A DNA stretch of 64,000 nt from an uncultured virus (IMG/VR IMGVR_UViG_3300023180_000040). Its lineage: Duplodnaviria > Heunggongvirae > Uroviricota > Caudoviricetes. The translations under genes were made by a program, and so were the position numbers. The stretch is taken from positions 1-64,000 of IMG/VR virus record IMGVR_UViG_3300023180_000040. One strand, 5' to 3'. Under the pieces are notes generated by a model. That model ran no database searches. It worked only from the letters and a program-made list of their open reading frames with translations, and was not told the DNA's origin. Of this stretch, positions 18,552 through 28,103 are shown in pieces (position 1 is the first letter of the stretch; every line of letters begins with the position of its first letter).

Positions 18552-20534
18552 ATGGATAATCTAAGTGAATATATACTAAGATTAGTAAGAAATAATCCTG
18601 CGGCAAAAACAGTTGTTGAACTATTATCTCCATTTGGAGAAGTTTATGTAGTTGGTGGAGCGGTTAGAGATGTTCTTCTTCAAAAGAAACCAAAAGACAT
18701 AGATTTGGTAGCAAGAGTAGACGAAGATACAATTAAGTCTGTATTAAGTAATTTCCCAAATGCAACATTAAATAAAACTGGAAAACAGTTTCCAGTATAT
18801 AGGTTTAGATATCAAAACGAAGAAGTAGAAATTGCTTTACCAAGAATAGAAACTAAGGTTGGAGAAGAAAGTAAAGATTGGGAATTTAAAAGTGATCCGT
18901 CTATTCGAATTGAAAGAGATTTAGAAAGAAGAGATTTTACTGCAAACGCAATTGCCGTAAACGCTCAAACCGGAGAGATTGTAGATCCTTTAAATGGAAT
19001 TGATGATATTGAAAAGGGATTGTTAAGAGTTATCAATGAAAACTCTTTTAGAGATGATCCTTCAAGAACGCTTAGAGCATTAACTGCAATAAGCAAGCAC
19101 GGTTTACAACCAGATGAAAAAACTAAAGAACAAATGCGTAAATATGGCCCGTACTTGGCTAAAATCGCTCCAGAGATTATGGGCATGGAATTAGATAAAA
19201 TACTCAGCGGAGAACATCCTCATCAAGCAATACAAATTGGTCAACAAACCGGAGTATTAGAACACTTCTTGCCAGAAGTTCATACAACATTTGGTTACGA
19301 TCAAAAAAACAAACATCATAATTATGATCTAGGGACTCACCTGATGGAAGTTGTCAAAAATATGGCTCGCAGATCTGATGATACAGATATGAGACTCGCG
19401 GCTTTGTTTCACGATATTGGCAAACCAGATTCTGTTTGGTACGACGAAGAGGGAAATGGTCACTATTATAAAAATGATTCTGGTCAAGGACAAGACCATG
19501 AAACTGTTGGCGCACAAATGGCTGAAGATATTTTAAGAAGATTAAGATATCCTGCAAACAGAATAGCAAGAATTAAACAATTAATTCAAAATCATATGTT
19601 CCCCATTTTTAATTCATCAAAGGGAGCAAGAAAGTTTCTTAATCAAGCCGGTTCTTACGAAATTGCTCATAATTTACTTGATCTTAAAGAGTCAGATTAT
19701 TTAGGTAAAGGCAATGATAGTGCTACAAGAGAAATGTCTGATTTAATGAGGCAATTAATTGATGCTGAATATGAAGCACAAAATGCTTTTACTCCCAAAG
19801 ATTTAGCAATTAATGGCAACGAAGTTATGCAACTTTTAGGCATTGATAGTGGCCCTCAAGTGGGAGAAATACTGAAATCTTTGATGGATATTGTTGTTGA
19901 CAATCCTGAAATGAATACAAAAGATAACTTGTCTTCATTTATTAATAACTTCTATAAAAGTTCATCAAATGTAGAGTCAGCAATTCTTGAAATATCAAAG
20001 CAAATTAGAAGAGAAGCCGCTTGGCGCGACGTTGAAATGAAAGCAAAACGTCTAAAAGATGGCGGTCAAGTAGTAATAAACACCAATGCTGAAAATGCAG
20101 TTGAAGGAGTAGTACAGGGTGATAATGGTATTTACGAATGCATAATATATAGAGAAGACCCTAGCAGTCAAAGAATTACGCATTGGAACTGTGAGTGTAA
20201 ATGGGGTCAGTATGCATACGGAAGAACAAGAAAATATAAGAAATTTGAAGGTCGGCCATGTTCTCACGTTATGGCAATGTTTTGGGAGTCAAGATCCTTA
20301 CCAGTAGGGTATTTTGGAGCAGAGTTTGATCCTAATCAAACTTACAGTTTTGAACCAGATGCTCCAAACTATCAAGTTGTTCAACAAGATGTTTCTCAAG
20401 CAGGTAATCCGTTAGAGTTAGAAAATCAAAATTCTGAGTTTCCTCCTATGCCGCAAGGACAATCTCCTGCTCCACCTAATTTTGAAGAGGGGGAAAGAAG
20501 ATCGTCAATTAAAAATAAATGGAAAAGGATTTAA
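18552..20534 (+). CDS. CCA-adding tRNA nucleotidyltransferase (with HD domain) fused to a C-terminal SWIM zinc-finger module
   Basis: 'YVVGGAVRD..DIDL', 'DLERRDFTANAIA', 'FRDDPSRTLR', 'LFHDIGKP'; SWIM 'CECKW...PCSH'. Confidence 0.9.
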   Translation: MDNLSEYILRLVRNNPAAKTVVELLSPFGEVYVVGGAVRDVLLQKKPKDIDLVARVDEDTIKSVLSNFPNATLNKTGKQFPVYRFRYQNEEVEIALPRIETKVGEESKDWEFKSDPSIRIERDLERRDFTANAIAVNAQTGEIVDPLNGIDDIEKGLLRVINENSFRDDPSRTLRALTAISKHGLQPDEKTKEQMRKYGPYLAKIAPEIMGMELDKILSGEHPHQAIQIGQQTGVLEHFLPEVHTTFGYDQKNKHHNYDLGTHLMEVVKNMARRSDDTDMRLAALFHDIGKPDSVWYDEEGNGHYYKNDSGQGQDHETVGAQMAEDILRRLRYPANRIARIKQLIQNHMFPIFNSSKGARKFLNQAGSYEIAHNLLDLKESDYLGKGNDSATREMSDLMRQLIDAEYEAQNAFTPKDLAINGNEVMQLLGIDSGPQVGEILKSLMDIVVDNPEMNTKDNLSSFINNFYKSSSNVESAILEISKQIRREAAWRDVEMKAKRLKDGGQVVINTNAENAVEGVVQGDNGIYECIIYREDPSSQRITHWNCECKWGQYAYGRTRKYKKFEGRPCSHVMAMFWESRSLPVGYFGAEFDPNQTYSFEPDAPNYQVVQQDVSQAGNPLELENQNSEFPPMPQGQSPAPPNFEEGERRSSIKNKWKRI

Positions 20535-20536
20535 AA

Positions 20537-20893
20537 ATGTCAAGCAGTTTTCCCGAAATGAATGGTCAACCTTCTTATGTTAACTATAGAGAATTTGAAG
20601 ATTTTAGACAGGAAAGCAGAGATGCGTTTGATAGTTTGACAATAGCACTAGATGAAAAGTTTTCAGGGTTGGGGGAACAAATCGAAAGTATAAAAAATGA
20701 AATTCAAGCATTACAGATTGATCAACTTAAGTATCAACTAAATCAAACTGAAAAGAAAATGTTTGAAGAAAAAACAGAAACAACAGAAGATAGAAATTAT
20801 AGAAGAACCTTGACAGTTGCAATTATTGCTGCTATGATAGGTCCATTAGTAGGTGCTGTCTTAGGACTAGTACTAGGCTATATGATTCCATAA
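20537..20893 (+). CDS. Coiled-coil membrane protein in the lysis region
   Basis: C-terminal TM 'LTVAIIAAMIGPLVGAVLGLVLGY'; directly upstream of the endolysin. Confidence 0.6.
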   Translation: MSSSFPEMNGQPSYVNYREFEDFRQESRDAFDSLTIALDEKFSGLGEQIESIKNEIQALQIDQLKYQLNQTEKKMFEEKTETTEDRNYRRTLTVAIIAAMIGPLVGAVLGLVLGYMIP

Positions 20894-20902
20894 AGGTGTA
20901 AA

Positions 20903-21661
20903 ATGACAAAAGGTGAAAAAGTAGTAAAAAAAGCATTTCAATATTTAGGAGTCAGAGAAGTACCCTATGGCTCAAACCGTGGAAAAGATATTGACCGCTG
21001 GGAAGCCAGATGGGGCATGAAAGGCGAACCTTGGTGCGGAATGTTTTCAGACGCAATGTTTTCAGAAGCAGGAGTTGATGATGCAGGAATCAATCACCCT
21101 TCTACTGCTGTTATTTGCCAAAAAGGTAAAAAATATAAGTGGAATGGAAAAGGGAAGATCCCGCCCGGATCTTTGTGGGTAAATTGTGGTACTCACGTTG
21201 CTATTATCACTGCTCACAACAGCGACGGAACAGTATCAACAATAGAAGGTAATAAAAATAATATGGTAGCAACAGGTCGTAGACCGATTGCTGGAGCAAC
21301 AATTATTGTACCTCCTGCTGTAGATGATTATGTTCCAAATCCAGTTCGTCGTAAATATTGGCTAGAAGATTTAGGAGCGCAACAAAAACTTCTTACAGTC
21401 AATGGTAAGATTGCACGCTGGAAGAAAAAAGAATATCGTGATAAGGTACTAAATCAAATTAAGAATAGCCCACTTTATCGTGGAACAACTCTCGCTCCAG
21501 TCAGTCGTGGAGAGGGAAGAAATAAAAGATACTTTATCCGAGTAGGTGACTTGCGTTATTACGGTCCTTGGAATAAGATAGAGTATAGAAATGCGGCGCA
21601 AAAATCTCTAGAGAAGCGCTTAGGTAGAAGATTGCGTCGTTTTAGTAAGAAAGTTAATTAA
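20903..21661 (+). CDS. Endolysin, CHAP-type
   Basis: 'YLGVREVPYGSNRG', 'PWCGMF', 'HVAII', 'TIEGN'. Confidence 0.85.
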   Translation: MTKGEKVVKKAFQYLGVREVPYGSNRGKDIDRWEARWGMKGEPWCGMFSDAMFSEAGVDDAGINHPSTAVICQKGKKYKWNGKGKIPPGSLWVNCGTHVAIITAHNSDGTVSTIEGNKNNMVATGRRPIAGATIIVPPAVDDYVPNPVRRKYWLEDLGAQQKLLTVNGKIARWKKKEYRDKVLNQIKNSPLYRGTTLAPVSRGEGRNKRYFIRVGDLRYYGPWNKIEYRNAAQKSLEKRLGRRLRRFSKKVN

Positions 21662-21675
21662 CTTAGGAGATTAAA

Positions 21676-22047
21676 TTGAACACACCAAACATTAGCGTTG
21701 GTTGGGGTCCAGTAACTATTACTGGTATTATTACCGCAGTAACTGCTGGTTTGCTTTCTGTAGCAACTTTTCTAACAACGCTTACTGGCGCTTTGCCAGC
21801 AGAAGTATCTGATAAGTACGGTTTTTGGTTAGCGACTATCGCAGGTATTGTTTCTGCTCTTTCTCAGGCTATTGTAGCAGCATCACGTTCATACTTTGCT
21901 AATTCAAAGGTGCAACTTGCTAGTGCTGAAGCCTATGCAAATCCTGCATCTTTGACCGCAGATGTTGGCAATGATGTGGAAGTATTTGTTGACGATCCTG
22001 TAGTTTCAGATACAGATCTTAGTCCACCGATTACTCCAGAACAGTAA
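21676..22047 (+). CDS. Putative holin
   Basis: Two TM segments, follows the endolysin, AGGAG RBS. Confidence 0.6.
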   Translation: MNTPNISVGWGPVTITGIITAVTAGLLSVATFLTTLTGALPAEVSDKYGFWLATIAGIVSALSQAIVAASRSYFANSKVQLASAEAYANPASLTADVGNDVEVFVDDPVVSDTDLSPPITPEQ

Positions 22048-22058
22048 TAAATTAAAAG

Positions 22059-22088
22059 AAATGAGCCTCCATTGTGAGGCTCATTTTT
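22059..22088 (+). terminator. Intrinsic terminator
   Basis: AAATGAGCCTC-CATTGT-GAGGCTCATTT followed by T-rich sequence. Confidence 0.75.
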
Positions 22089-22116
22089 ATTGTATGACTT
22101 TGACTTAATATAAGAG

Positions 22117-22494
22117 ATGAGTGCATTTAAAAGCGGGGAATACGTTAAAAATTTAGTTGAGATTGAGGGTACTGTAGTTGAGTATCGTCCACAGGATCAT
22201 CCAACAGATCCTACAGTTAATCCCGGTAAAAGCGGGCCAACTCCAGATACTCAAATTAATCAAAAAGTTAGGATACGAGAAGGTCAAGTCGGAACAGTTA
22301 TGTATTCTGACGATATAACTACTATTGTTACTTACGATTTACATACAACGGGACCACTTGAACCTCATCTTATTAAAGCAGAAAGTTTTACTTCTAATTT
22401 TAAAAGAGTTGTTAGAGGGACTAGACCCTCTAGAGGACCAAGTTATTTCCCAGATCGTAGACCTCCAAGAACAAATCCAACAGGAATGAATTAA
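22117..22494 (+). CDS. Hypothetical SH3/KOW-like protein
   Basis: 'FKSGEYVK...IREGQVGTVMY'. Confidence 0.5.
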   Translation: MSAFKSGEYVKNLVEIEGTVVEYRPQDHPTDPTVNPGKSGPTPDTQINQKVRIREGQVGTVMYSDDITTIVTYDLHTTGPLEPHLIKAESFTSNFKRVVRGTRPSRGPSYFPDRRPPRTNPTGMN

Positions 22495-22495
22495 T

Positions 22496-23371
22496 ATGTG
22501 GAAAAAATCTATGCCAAGGGGACTTGGGCCTTCAATTGAAGAAGGTGCAAATATAATTAGACAATTTGCGCTAACAAGAAACCATGCTAATGGCGAATTT
22601 GGTTTTTCAACTGAAGACTTATGGCAAAGTGAAAATTGGCGCAACTATTGGTATGGGTTTGAACAACCAAATTATCAACAAATTAATGCTAGAATTGCAA
22701 GAGCAAAACAAAACAACTACATAGCGTCAGTCGGTGGCCTTTTTTGGTGGAAAGAAAACAGTAAGTATACGATATTTGAATTTGCAAAAGTTATGAATAC
22801 TTATTCAATTGATTTACCAAAATATGTTCATGACTTGTTTTATAACAGAATTTCACAAGAAATATTTAAAACTGATAAAAAACTTAATGATTCTCTTTAT
22901 TATCTTCAACTTCTACAAGAACGTTTACAAAATCAAAATAGAAACTTAACTTTCGACGAATATTTAAATATTAATAATCAATATAATAAATTTTATATGG
23001 AAAATATTGAAGCAAAAAAAACTTTTATTGATAATAAATACTATAAAGTGCTAAAAGAAATTGAACAGGCACAAGAAAAAGAAGTAGAAAATTTTAAAAA
23101 AAGTTCAACTCCACAAGAATGGCTCAAAACAAACTTTTCTAAAAATACTAGTCTTTATCTTCAACAAATAGTTGAAATGTTCTTAAAAGTTCCAGAAGAA
23201 ACCTTAGAAGAATACAATAAAACTTTTTCTGCACAAAATCAAACACCACAAAATATACAATCATTAGAAGAAAGTCCTGTTCTTGATATAGTAAGTCCTA
23301 AAAAACAACATGAACAATATTGGATGAATTATTTTAACACTACATCAAAAAGCAAATGGAGAATTATTTAA
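22496..23371 (+). CDS. Hypothetical protein (starts MWKKS, ends KWRII)
   Basis: 291-aa ORF tightly coupled to its neighbours. Confidence 0.65.
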   Translation: MWKKSMPRGLGPSIEEGANIIRQFALTRNHANGEFGFSTEDLWQSENWRNYWYGFEQPNYQQINARIARAKQNNYIASVGGLFWWKENSKYTIFEFAKVMNTYSIDLPKYVHDLFYNRISQEIFKTDKKLNDSLYYLQLLQERLQNQNRNLTFDEYLNINNQYNKFYMENIEAKKTFIDNKYYKVLKEIEQAQEKEVENFKKSSTPQEWLKTNFSKNTSLYLQQIVEMFLKVPEETLEEYNKTFSAQNQTPQNIQSLEESPVLDIVSPKKQHEQYWMNYFNTTSKSKWRII

Positions 23372-23767
23372 ATGAGTAATTCAAAAGTACCAAAAAGCAG
23401 ATTAGGCCCTCTAAATATAGAAGATGCAGATATCGGCACTGCTGGTTTAAGCGTTTCTAACCTATCTGCTGGTTCAGCAACTTCTGGTCAAGCGTTGATT
23501 TTTAACGGAACAGCATATGTGCCAACAGCATTACCAACATCAACTACTTTTGTTGATAACGAAGTTCCTTCAGGAACTAAAAATAACGTAAATGTGACCT
23601 TTACGCTTGCGGGAACTCCAACTCCCCCAGAAAGTCTAAGACTTTATGTAGGAGGACTTTTGATGACTTCAGGAACGGCTGGAGATTATACACTAGGAAC
23701 GTCTACTATTACAATGGCAACCGCTCCGGGTGTAAACGATTCAATAATTGCTTATTATAGGAAATAA
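23372..23767 (+). CDS. Virion structural/decoration protein
   Basis: 'NEVPSGTKNNVNVTFTL...LYVGGL...DYTL...TAP...YRK'. Confidence 0.6.
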   Translation: MSNSKVPKSRLGPLNIEDADIGTAGLSVSNLSAGSATSGQALIFNGTAYVPTALPTSTTFVDNEVPSGTKNNVNVTFTLAGTPTPPESLRLYVGGLLMTSGTAGDYTLGTSTITMATAPGVNDSIIAYYRK

Positions 23768-23768
23768 A

Positions 23769-24320
23769 ATGTCAGATTCTTTTAAGTGGAAAGTTAATTG
23801 GGAAGTTAATAAATATAAAGCAGATTCTATTGAGATAGTTAAAAAACAATTAATAGAACCTTATGAAACTGTTAAAAGACAAGGAAATCTATTGCTACAC
23901 GGTGGAGCATCTGCTATGTGGGAATTCATGCTAGGAAATGGAATTAGTGGTGGAGGTTCTGCTTTATCATACTTTGATGCAAATAATGCCTATATTGGAA
24001 TTGGAACATCTATTCTTCCGGCAACTGCTAATCAAACAGATTTAGACACTGGGGCTTTAGGAACAACAGACACCTATAGAGCATATGGTACGATGGAAAC
24101 AGGGTATCCACTTCATTCAGACGGAACGGGTTCTGCTAATTCAACGATATCTTTTAGAAGTTCTTTTGGAAGTGCCGCTGCCGTGTTTCCTTGGAATGAG
24201 TGGGGAATATTGAATGGAACAGTTGCAACAAGTCGTGTATTGAATAGAAAAGTTGATTACATCGGGACAAAGCAAGTTGGCGAAACTTGGGAAATTACTA
24301 TCAATATTACATTGAGTTAA
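23769..24320 (+). CDS. Virion structural protein, paralog of 28239-28811
   Basis: 'GNLLLHGGAS..W..GNG..YFD..NA.IG.G...WNEWG..NG...LNRK'. Confidence 0.65.
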   Translation: MSDSFKWKVNWEVNKYKADSIEIVKKQLIEPYETVKRQGNLLLHGGASAMWEFMLGNGISGGGSALSYFDANNAYIGIGTSILPATANQTDLDTGALGTTDTYRAYGTMETGYPLHSDGTGSANSTISFRSSFGSAAAVFPWNEWGILNGTVATSRVLNRKVDYIGTKQVGETWEITINITLS

Positions 24321-24324
24321 AAAT

Positions 24325-24861
24325 ATGAGTTACGATTCTTTAAGAACACCAATAACTAGAAAAGTATTAGATTTAAATGGTAACGCTATTGAGGGGGCCA
24401 CTGCAAACATTACCACCGTCCCCGGCGCTAGCGTAGCGACTGTTTATGATGCTGAAACTGGTTCGGGCACAGTCACTCAACCACTTATTTCTAATGCTGA
24501 CGGATCGTTTGATGGTTGGCTCACAATTGGTGTATATGATATAGAAATATCTTCTTCTTTTGGAACTGCAACTTCTCGTTATTATGTAGATCATCCACAA
24601 CAATCATTACTTCAAGGAACTGCTCTTGATGATAATAATTTCCAGATAAAAGACGATGATGATAGTAATCCTCGTTTAACAATTGATGCTGGTGGTACGG
24701 TTGAGTGGGGTTCAGGTTCTGCGACAGAAGATACAAAATTATATCGTTCAGGTTCTGCTGAATTAACAACAGATGGAACATTTGTTGTTGGCACGAATCT
24801 TAATGTAGGAGGGGATGATTTAGCCCTCTTAGTCAAACTTAACAAAGAGGTATTCGGATAA
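24325..24861 (+). CDS. Virion/tail protein with a carboxypeptidase-regulatory-like beta sandwich
   Basis: 'VLDLNGNAIEGATANI...SNADGSF...GVYDIEIS'; 'DTKLYRSG'. Confidence 0.55.
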   Translation: MSYDSLRTPITRKVLDLNGNAIEGATANITTVPGASVATVYDAETGSGTVTQPLISNADGSFDGWLTIGVYDIEISSSFGTATSRYYVDHPQQSLLQGTALDDNNFQIKDDDDSNPRLTIDAGGTVEWGSGSATEDTKLYRSGSAELTTDGTFVVGTNLNVGGDDLALLVKLNKEVFG

Positions 24862-25214
24862 TGGCATCTATTAGCAAACTTTTACTATCTGGATCTACTA
24901 ATGGTAGGTTTATTCAAATAACAGGAACATCAACTGCTGGGGCTAATACAATCCATACTGCCGTATCCGGCACCGATGACATTGATGAACTTCACATTTT
25001 TGCAACCAATTATCACACTAGCGATGCAACTCTAACAATTGAGTACGGTGGAACTGGTGCAAATAATGAAGTTTCATTCACACTTCCTCCAGATGTGGGT
25101 CTTATTGAAATTATCCCGTCTTTTGTTTTACAAAATGGACTTGTTGTGAAAGCATATGCCGACGTTGGATCAGTTGTTAATGTCGGTGGATTCGTGAATA
25201 GGATTACAGCATAA
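24861..25214 (+). CDS. Small virion structural protein
   Basis: 117 aa, beta-rich, translationally coupled. Confidence 0.55.
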   Translation: MASISKLLLSGSTNGRFIQITGTSTAGANTIHTAVSGTDDIDELHIFATNYHTSDATLTIEYGGTGANNEVSFTLPPDVGLIEIIPSFVLQNGLVVKAYADVGSVVNVGGFVNRITA

Positions 25215-26098
25215 TGGGCGCTCCAATTGTAGTAAATACCGTTAAGGTTCAAGGTACAGTAACTGCTGATCCGTCAACAACGGTTCCTGTGCTTGGTACG
25301 GTTTATCAAAACGCAACATGGAATGTAAATGCTATTCAATCTGGAGTGTGGAATGTAGGTGGAACCGTCAATCAAGGTGGCGCTTGGACTGTAACTGCTG
25401 ATGTTGGTTCTGGAACTTGGCCCGTCACTGCAATCCAATCAGGTAACTGGTTTGTTGGCGGAACTGTTGAGGCAACCAATGCTGATACTGGCGCACTTTA
25501 TGTGCAAGGAACAACAACTGCAACGATACCAAACACAGCCCCTGCTTATGTTGCAGGAACAACAACTGCAACTAATGCTGATACTGGCGCTTTGTATATA
25601 CAAGGTACTACAACAGTTACAAATCCATCAACTGACGCACTTTATGTACAGGGGACTACTACTGCAACAATACCAAACACTGCTCCCGGATATATTGCTG
25701 GTACAGTAACTATTCCAGCCTCTGCTCCCGCTTATGTCGCTGGAACAACTACCGTTACTAACGCAGACACAGGCGCTATATACACTCAGGGTACAGTTTC
25801 TGTTGCGGGAACTGCAAATGTTATTGAACGTGGTTCGACAATTGATCAAGGATCTGCTAGTATTACTACTAGTATGGGAACAGTATTAACAGCAGATGCA
25901 AACAGAAGAACAATTTTACTCCAAAATCTTGGGAGTGACTATGTATGGATTGGCGGATCAACTGCAATTGTTGTCAATACAGGCGCCAGACTTGCTCCCA
26001 GTCAATCATTAGTAATTGATAAGGCTCCAACCTCTGCAATATATGCTATAGCGTCTAGCGGAAGTCAAGTTATTAGTTATTTTACGGAGGCTGACTGA
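25214..26098 (+). CDS. Fibre-like protein with ~15-aa GTT/TGALY repeats
   Basis: Repeats 'ATNADTGALYVQGTT' and 'ATIPNTAPAYVAGTT'; C-terminal 'ANRRTILLQNLGSDYVWIG'. Confidence 0.65.
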   Translation: MGAPIVVNTVKVQGTVTADPSTTVPVLGTVYQNATWNVNAIQSGVWNVGGTVNQGGAWTVTADVGSGTWPVTAIQSGNWFVGGTVEATNADTGALYVQGTTTATIPNTAPAYVAGTTTATNADTGALYIQGTTTVTNPSTDALYVQGTTTATIPNTAPGYIAGTVTIPASAPAYVAGTTTVTNADTGAIYTQGTVSVAGTANVIERGSTIDQGSASITTSMGTVLTADANRRTILLQNLGSDYVWIGGSTAIVVNTGARLAPSQSLVIDKAPTSAIYAIASSGSQVISYFTEAD

Positions 26099-27129
26099 TG
26101 GCGAACCTGTCAGCGTTCGGCGGGGCGCAGCCCATCACTCCGGGTGGACTGGTGGAGTTGGGGTACTCGGAGAACGATAACGCCGTCACCCTCACTGCTA
26201 CATCGTCTGCGTCACCCGACTGGCTTACGCCGGAAATGACGTTGGTTTGCGACGGCTCACCAGTTCTTGTCGAATACTACGCGCCAATCGCTAGGGCAAC
26301 GCAGGACGCTGCGGGAACCGGCGACCAACTCAACTTCTCTCTTGTCTATGACGGTTCTGTGCAAGAGGACAGTTGGGGAAGGGTCGCCAACCGCACGAAC
26401 GCTATTGGGCATCTTGTCCCTGTGGCGCTGCAATACCGCATGACCCCGGCTGTTGGTTCGCACACTTTTAGGGTTGGCGGCTACGTCAGCAACGCATCAA
26501 GGAACGGATACGTTGGAGCAGGTTCGCCATACCCTCCGCAGTTTCTCCGCGTCAGCAAGATCGTCCAGCAGAACGACGGCCTCAAGCCCTTCTGGACCCC
26601 GCCTATTGTGACGCAGTTGCCTTCGAATCCAGAAAACGGCGACGTTGTTCACTACAGGCACTCTGCTGCGGGGAACATTGGCGCGGTGCTTCCAATGCAG
26701 TACGACGGCACCAAGTGGCTACCGCTTGGACAGGCGACTCTTTGCCGATGGTCATCCGGCTCTAACAGAATGACCTTGACCACATCCAGCATCGTCCAGC
26801 AGACAGGTGGTGACTACAACAGTCTGACCTTTACTCCGCCGTGGGACGGATGGTACGAGATTTCTCAAAGGTCGGGGATGATTGAACTGAACACCGGCAT
26901 TGGCATCTACATTCACTTTGGAGCAACTGACGGTTCTCAGTACATCCAGTTGAACTACTGCCAAGACTTCAACGGCTACTACTACCACACGCGGTTTAGC
27001 ACTCCGAACCCAATGACCGCGTACCTGTACGCAAGCAAGTCGTATCGCTTCTACGTTCAGTTGAGTTATCCGAATACTGCGTACCTCAACACCTTTGGAA
27101 ACGCATACGTCAAGGCGGTGTCCGCATGA
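26098..27129 (+). CDS. High-GC putative tail fibre/receptor-binding protein A
   Basis: GC-rich codons; N-domain 'GGLVELGY...VCDGSPVLVE...RVSKIVQ'. Confidence 0.65.
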   Translation: MANLSAFGGAQPITPGGLVELGYSENDNAVTLTATSSASPDWLTPEMTLVCDGSPVLVEYYAPIARATQDAAGTGDQLNFSLVYDGSVQEDSWGRVANRTNAIGHLVPVALQYRMTPAVGSHTFRVGGYVSNASRNGYVGAGSPYPPQFLRVSKIVQQNDGLKPFWTPPIVTQLPSNPENGDVVHYRHSAAGNIGAVLPMQYDGTKWLPLGQATLCRWSSGSNRMTLTTSSIVQQTGGDYNSLTFTPPWDGWYEISQRSGMIELNTGIGIYIHFGATDGSQYIQLNYCQDFNGYYYHTRFSTPNPMTAYLYASKSYRFYVQLSYPNTAYLNTFGNAYVKAVSA

Positions 27130-27547
27130 CCTCACTCACAGACACACAGGTAGTGACGGCGAGCGGCGGGCTGGTGGAGTTGGCCCATCTTGACCTGACA
27201 AGCGCGGTTGTCGTTACGTCAACAACTGGTCAGAACGTGGGCGGTTCCGTAACGGCGGTGTGCGATGGCTCGCCAATCATTGTAGAAATGTTCTGCCCTT
27301 ATTCCGTTATCGGTAACTACTACTTGGTGTCGTCCCTTTACGTTGACGGCTCATTTCAGCAGCGTGTCGGTGTGCAGGTCAACGACACAACGCCGTTCTA
27401 CGCGAAGGTTCGCCTCACACCACCAGCCGGTTCGCACACTTTCCAGTGGAGCGCACTTGTCAACGCTAGTTCTGGAACATTCCAGTTTGACACCGCCCCC
27501 ACGACAAACGGCGGTCCCGGTTTTATCCGCGTCAGCAAGATCGTCCA
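26546..27547 (+). repeat. 22-bp identical direct repeat TCCGCGTCAGCAAGATCGTCCA (26546-26567 and 27526-27547)
   Basis: Read directly; encodes RVSKIVQ at the end of the shared N-domain. Confidence 0.85.
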
Positions 27548-28103
27548 AGCAACCCAGTGGCCCGCCGTCACCACAAGCACCATCATCTGCACTTCCTCCA
27601 CGCGGCCCGCGAGTCCGTTTGAGGGGCAGAAGATTTACCAGACTGACAACGACCGCGAGTTGACTTACGACTCAAGCGCGTGGGTGCAGACCAACTCTCT
27701 TGGCGGCTGGTCAACGTGGACGCCGCAGTTGTACCAAAACGGCAACCTGACCAGCACCACCCCTCACGCCCGCTACACCCGCATCGGTGACACTGCAATC
27801 GTGCAGGCGAAGGTCAGCGCGACTCAGGCAGGAGTTGCTGGGCAGCAGATAGAGATTCGCAACCTCCCCTACTCGGCAGAAGCCGCTGGCGACTACACCG
27901 TGATTGGCAACGCCGTTTACTGGGACGGAACGCTCCGCTGGCAACTCAATGTAGAAACGCTGCCAACTGCAACCTCAATCGCTTTCGGCTATGACTCTGC
28001 ACCGTTTGCTGCCTATGGCGGCGGTCGGTTTGGTGCAAGCCCAAGTAAGGCCGTCGCGTCTGGCGACTTTATCTCGTTTACCACGACATACGAGATTGCC
28101 TAG
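27126..28103 (+). CDS. High-GC putative tail fibre/receptor-binding protein B
   Basis: Paralogous N-domain; 'SSTRPASPFEGQKIYQTD', 'WSTWTP', 'ARYTRIGD', 'NLPY'. Confidence 0.7.
   Translation: MTSLTDTQVVTASGGLVELAHLDLTSAVVVTSTTGQNVGGSVTAVCDGSPIIVEMFCPYSVIGNYYLVSSLYVDGSFQQRVGVQVNDTTPFYAKVRLTPPAGSHTFQWSALVNASSGTFQFDTAPTTNGGPGFIRVSKIVQATQWPAVTTSTIICTSSTRPASPFEGQKIYQTDNDRELTYDSSAWVQTNSLGGWSTWTPQLYQNGNLTSTTPHARYTRIGDTAIVQAKVSATQAGVAGQQIEIRNLPYSAEAAGDYTVIGNAVYWDGTLRWQLNVETLPTATSIAFGYDSAPFAAYGGGRFGASPSKAVASGDFISFTTTYEIA

Noticed and set aside
26098..28103. Diversity-generating retroelement or invertible shufflon in the fibre cassette
   Set aside because: No reverse transcriptase, no template/variable repeat pair differing at adenines, and no recombinase in the window; the repeats are direct, not inverted.
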